DNA of 64,000 nt from Gloeobacterales cyanobacterium (GTDB taxonomy: Bacteria; Cyanobacteriota; Cyanobacteriia; Gloeobacterales; PMM-0068): the NCBI GenBank assembly GCA_038245785.1, contig JBBRSB010000003.1:96001-160000 (forward strand). The letters run 5' to 3'. Positions 61,423-64,000 of this stretch are shown here, piece after piece. Within the stretch, counting starts at the first letter, position 1. The number at the start of each line of letters is the position of its first letter. The position numbers and the translations under genes were made by a program. The notes under the pieces were generated by a model. It was not told the origin of the DNA, searched no databases, and saw only the letters and a program-made list of their open reading frames with translations.

Positions 61423-62526
61423 ATGAAGACCCTGCAACAGCTTGACCATGACTTGATTCAATTACTGAATCAGCGAGCTGCCCTTCTAGGAAAAGCGTAT
61501 GATTCCAGTTTGCCTGCTGAAACCTCTCAACACTTGGCCCAGACGGGTTTACCGGAGTTTGTCTGGGAAAGTCTCGCCACCTGTTGCGCAGCAGCAACAA
61601 CAGTGGCCCCAGCCGCATTGAGTTCTCCTAAGCAGATCACTATCATTGGCGGTGCGGGACAGATGGGCCGCTTTTTTACTCGGCAGTTTGCTGCCGCTGG
61701 TCATAGCGTCCGGCAACTAAGGCGACATGACTGGGAGAAGGCCGATCAGTACTTGAGTGATGCAGACTTAGTCCTTGTCTCTGTGCCGATGCAACAAACA
61801 GTAGAAGTAATTCAGCGGGCGTCACCCTACCTATCGCCAACATCGGCCATTGCAGATGTCAACAGCCTCAAAGCGCCCGTTGTCAAAGCGATGTTAGAAC
61901 ATCACCCTGGCCCGGTGCTCGGAATGCATCCAATGTTTGGGCCAGGGCTATCATCGTTCCTCGCGCAGAATGTGGTGGTTTGCCCAGGGCGGGACCTGAG
62001 AGCCTTCAAATGGCTACTGGATTTAATCCGCAGTCAAGGAGGAAAACTGCTGGTCTGCGCGCCAGAAGAACACGACCGGATGATGGTGACGGTTCAGGCT
62101 ATCCGCCATTTCTCTGCCTTTGGCCTGGGAGTCTTCCTCGCAGAAGCGGGCATCGACCTTGACCGGAGCTTGGACTTTTCCAGTGCTCCCTATCGCCTAC
62201 AGCTCAATTTAGTCAGTCGGTTATTCGCTCAGGATGCCGCGTTGCCTCTAGATCTGATGCTGAGTTCACCAGATCATCGTCAAGCTATTTGCACCTTAGC
62301 AGACACCTACAGCCGCCTCGCCCAGTTGATTGTACAAGAGGATCAAGCCACCCTGGAGCAAGCGTTTGAGTCCACTAAACAGGTTTTTCAAATGCACGTT
62401 CCTCAAGCCCACCAGGAAAGCCAACATATCGTTCAAAGCCTAAGCGTACACTTGGCAGCCAACAGCAAAATGCCCCTTGCATTGCCTAAAGCGGGTGAAG
62501 GGCCGAGGGCTAAGCTTCTCAGATAA
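61423..62526 (+). CDS. tyrA: Prephenate dehydrogenase with a short chorismate-mutase-like N-terminus
   Basis: IIGGAGQMG, DVNSLK, HPMFGP and EHDRMM..VQAIRHF motifs; ATG 61423 follows AGGAG. Confidence 0.88.
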   Translation: MKTLQQLDHDLIQLLNQRAALLGKAYDSSLPAETSQHLAQTGLPEFVWESLATCCAAATTVAPAALSSPKQITIIGGAGQMGRFFTRQFAAAGHSVRQLRRHDWEKADQYLSDADLVLVSVPMQQTVEVIQRASPYLSPTSAIADVNSLKAPVVKAMLEHHPGPVLGMHPMFGPGLSSFLAQNVVVCPGRDLRAFKWLLDLIRSQGGKLLVCAPEEHDRMMVTVQAIRHFSAFGLGVFLAEAGIDLDRSLDFSSAPYRLQLNLVSRLFAQDAALPLDLMLSSPDHRQAICTLADTYSRLAQLIVQEDQATLEQAFESTKQVFQMHVPQAHQESQHIVQSLSVHLAANSKMPLALPKAGEGPRAKLLR

Positions 62527-62532
62527 ACAGGC

Positions 62533-62661
62533 ATGGGCAGCACTTTTGGACATTTGTTTCGGGTATCTACCTTTGGAAAGTCTCACGGCGACGAGGTGGG
62601 GGCGATTGTCGAAGGCTGTCCACCCTGTAGACGAACTCTTCAATTTGCGACCAAGAGCTGA
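62533..62661 (+). pseudogene. aroC: Truncated chorismate synthase N-terminal fragment
   Basis: [31 protein letters not shown] (consensus TFGESHG..VG..IDGCPP), then runs into the convergent regulator and stops. Confidence 0.85.
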
Positions 62662-63437
62662 TGTTCCTTGCGCCAAACTTGAGGAGGAATGCCATGGTAC
62701 TGGAGGAACTGCCGGAAGAAGTGGCGGGAATTGACGTACCCGACCGTTCGTGCTACTTGTTCGACGGACTGATCACTATTCTCAAGGATTTGGCGTGCCT
62801 CGGCCATGCGTCGCTCAATAATCCAACGAGCAACCGTGCGTCCTGTTTGCCTGCCTACCAGTGTTGTCAGATAAGCAGGCGAATAGCCAGCAGCCTGAGC
62901 CACATCAGATAGCGTAATGGGCAAATGGTAATTTGCCTCAATAAAGTCGAAGACTGCCTGGAGTTGCGTACTCGTGGGAAAGAGTGACTTGGAAGTTCCT
63001 GACGCTGTAAGGACGCTCACAGCCTGTTTTCCTAAGCCCATTTCACTAACTTGAATATCTTGACGAGCGACTTGTTTTTTCAATTGAGCCGAGATTGCTT
63101 CCAGCAATTGAGCGACGGTTAAGGGTTTGATTAGATAGCTGTCTTTGTCCACATCCATGTCTGGCAGAAACTTTGGACCAATTACACCACTGGTGATGAA
63201 TATAAATGGAATAGTGGCTGTCGCCGGAAGCTTGCGCAGCCTAGTCAATACATCATGCCCATCTAGCTCTGGCATCCAGGTATTGCAGATGATTACATCG
63301 GGTAAACGCCGTTGCGCTTGATGGATACCGATAGCACCATTTTCCGCCCCAATCGCGTGAAAACCCTCGGTCTTTAAACAGACGGTGAAAAGATTTCGCG
63401 TACATTCATCGGCTTCTATGACTAAAACTTTTTTCAT
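62640..63437 (-). CDS. Response regulator, receiver + AraC HTH (scytonemin-regulator type)
   Basis: N-terminal receiver fold; [26 protein letters not shown] and FFRQF AraC domain. Confidence 0.9.
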   Translation of the reverse strand: MKKVLVIEADECTRNLFTVCLKTEGFHAIGAENGAIGIHQAQRRLPDVIICNTWMPELDGHDVLTRLRKLPATATIPFIFITSGVIGPKFLPDMDVDKDSYLIKPLTVAQLLEAISAQLKKQVARQDIQVSEMGLGKQAVSVLTASGTSKSLFPTSTQLQAVFDFIEANYHLPITLSDVAQAAGYSPAYLTTLVGRQTGRTVARWIIERRMAEARQILENSDQSVEQVARTVGYVNSRHFFRQFLQYHGIPPQVWRKEHQLLVAN

Positions 63438-63539
63438 ATGCTTCCTGTTGCGAGGATTAAAAATTCACTACAAGCATTTGAAATGTTGGGCATGATTGGC
63501 AGCAGCTAACATGCCAATCCCGTTGTCTAAAATCCAATT

Positions 63540-64000
63540 TCAGTTGATCGCTAGTCGGATAGTCACTACCGTTCCAACACCAATCTGACTAACCCAATCA
63601 ATTTCCCCACCGTGCATATCTACAAGATTTTTAGCAATGGACAGTCCCAGCCCAAGTCCTGGAACTTTTTCAATGTTGCTACCCCGAAAAAAAGGCTCAA
63701 ATAGATGTTCCTGATCGACTTCTGACATTCCAATGCCAAAATCCTGAATTTGGATACTGACCAACTGATTATGGCAAGCAAGATTAAAGTAAATAGTGCT
63801 GCCCATGGGTGAATACTTGATTGCATTATCAAGTACATTCTCCAGCGCTATATAAAACAGCTCTGGGTCGAAGTTGAACATCAACCTGTCTTCTAGCAAG
63901 CCATTGGATTGGCATTCAAACTCAATTGTCTGTTGACTATCAGCAATCGCTGCCTGCTTCTCAGCGATTAAATCACGGCAGAAGCCAACTATGTCTAGAG
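63540..64000 (-). CDS. Sensor histidine kinase, HATPase C-terminus (5' part beyond the window)
   Basis: NVLDNAIKYS, DFGIG, FEPFFRG and GLGLGL boxes; frame is open to the window end. Confidence 0.9.
   Translation of the reverse strand, partial: LDIVGFCRDLIAEKQAAIADSQQTIEFECQSNGLLEDRLMFNFDPELFYIALENVLDNAIKYSPMGSTIYFNLACHNQLVSIQIQDFGIGMSEVDQEHLFEPFFRGSNIEKVPGLGLGLSIAKNLVDMHGGEIDWVSQIGVGTVVTIRLAIN

Noticed and set aside
47730..62162. Numerous short overlapping ORFs opposite or within scy and trp genes
   Set aside because: They overlap well-supported genes in a GC-richer region and have no motifs; treated as shadow ORFs.
62477..62912. Plus-strand ORFs 62477-62734 and 62661-62912
   Set aside because: Off-frame to the aroC stub or antisense to the regulator; no recognisable motifs.

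Overview
Cyanobacterial chromosomal window (NtcA-type glnA promoter, scytonemin genes, DICT/pentapeptide proteins) in four blocks. (1) 1-29.4 kb: a large mosaic exopolysaccharide locus with two priming sugar transferases, two flippases, a Wzy-like polymerase, GT2/GT4 enzymes, an Alg14/Alg13-like pair, acyl/methyl transferases and four large probably exported glycan-active or unknown proteins. It also holds a twice-inserted mini-cassette encoding a secreted 20-aa-repeat (DPNHAQR) protein. (2) 29.9-37.4 kb: a complete lasso peptide cluster (B1, B2, cyclase, HPr-type kinase, ABC exporter, nucleotidyltransferase). Its two tandem 48-aa precursor genes are missing from the ORF track; they have identical leaders, divergent G1-D9 cores ending in Phe-Ser, and a conserved 5' RNA hairpin. 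(3) 37.4-47.1 kb: housekeeping genes (glnA, dapL, fbp, tatA) with a RAYT/REP remnant. (4) 47.4-64 kb: a rearranged scytonemin island with a catalase remnant, a ScyD/E-ScyF fusion, scyCBA divergent from trpE(G)-trpC-trpA-trpB-aroF-tyrA and a truncated aroC, and a two-component pair whose receiver has Asn at the phosphoacceptor position. No tRNA, rRNA or CRISPR array was seen. All calls come from reading motifs by eye, without database searches.
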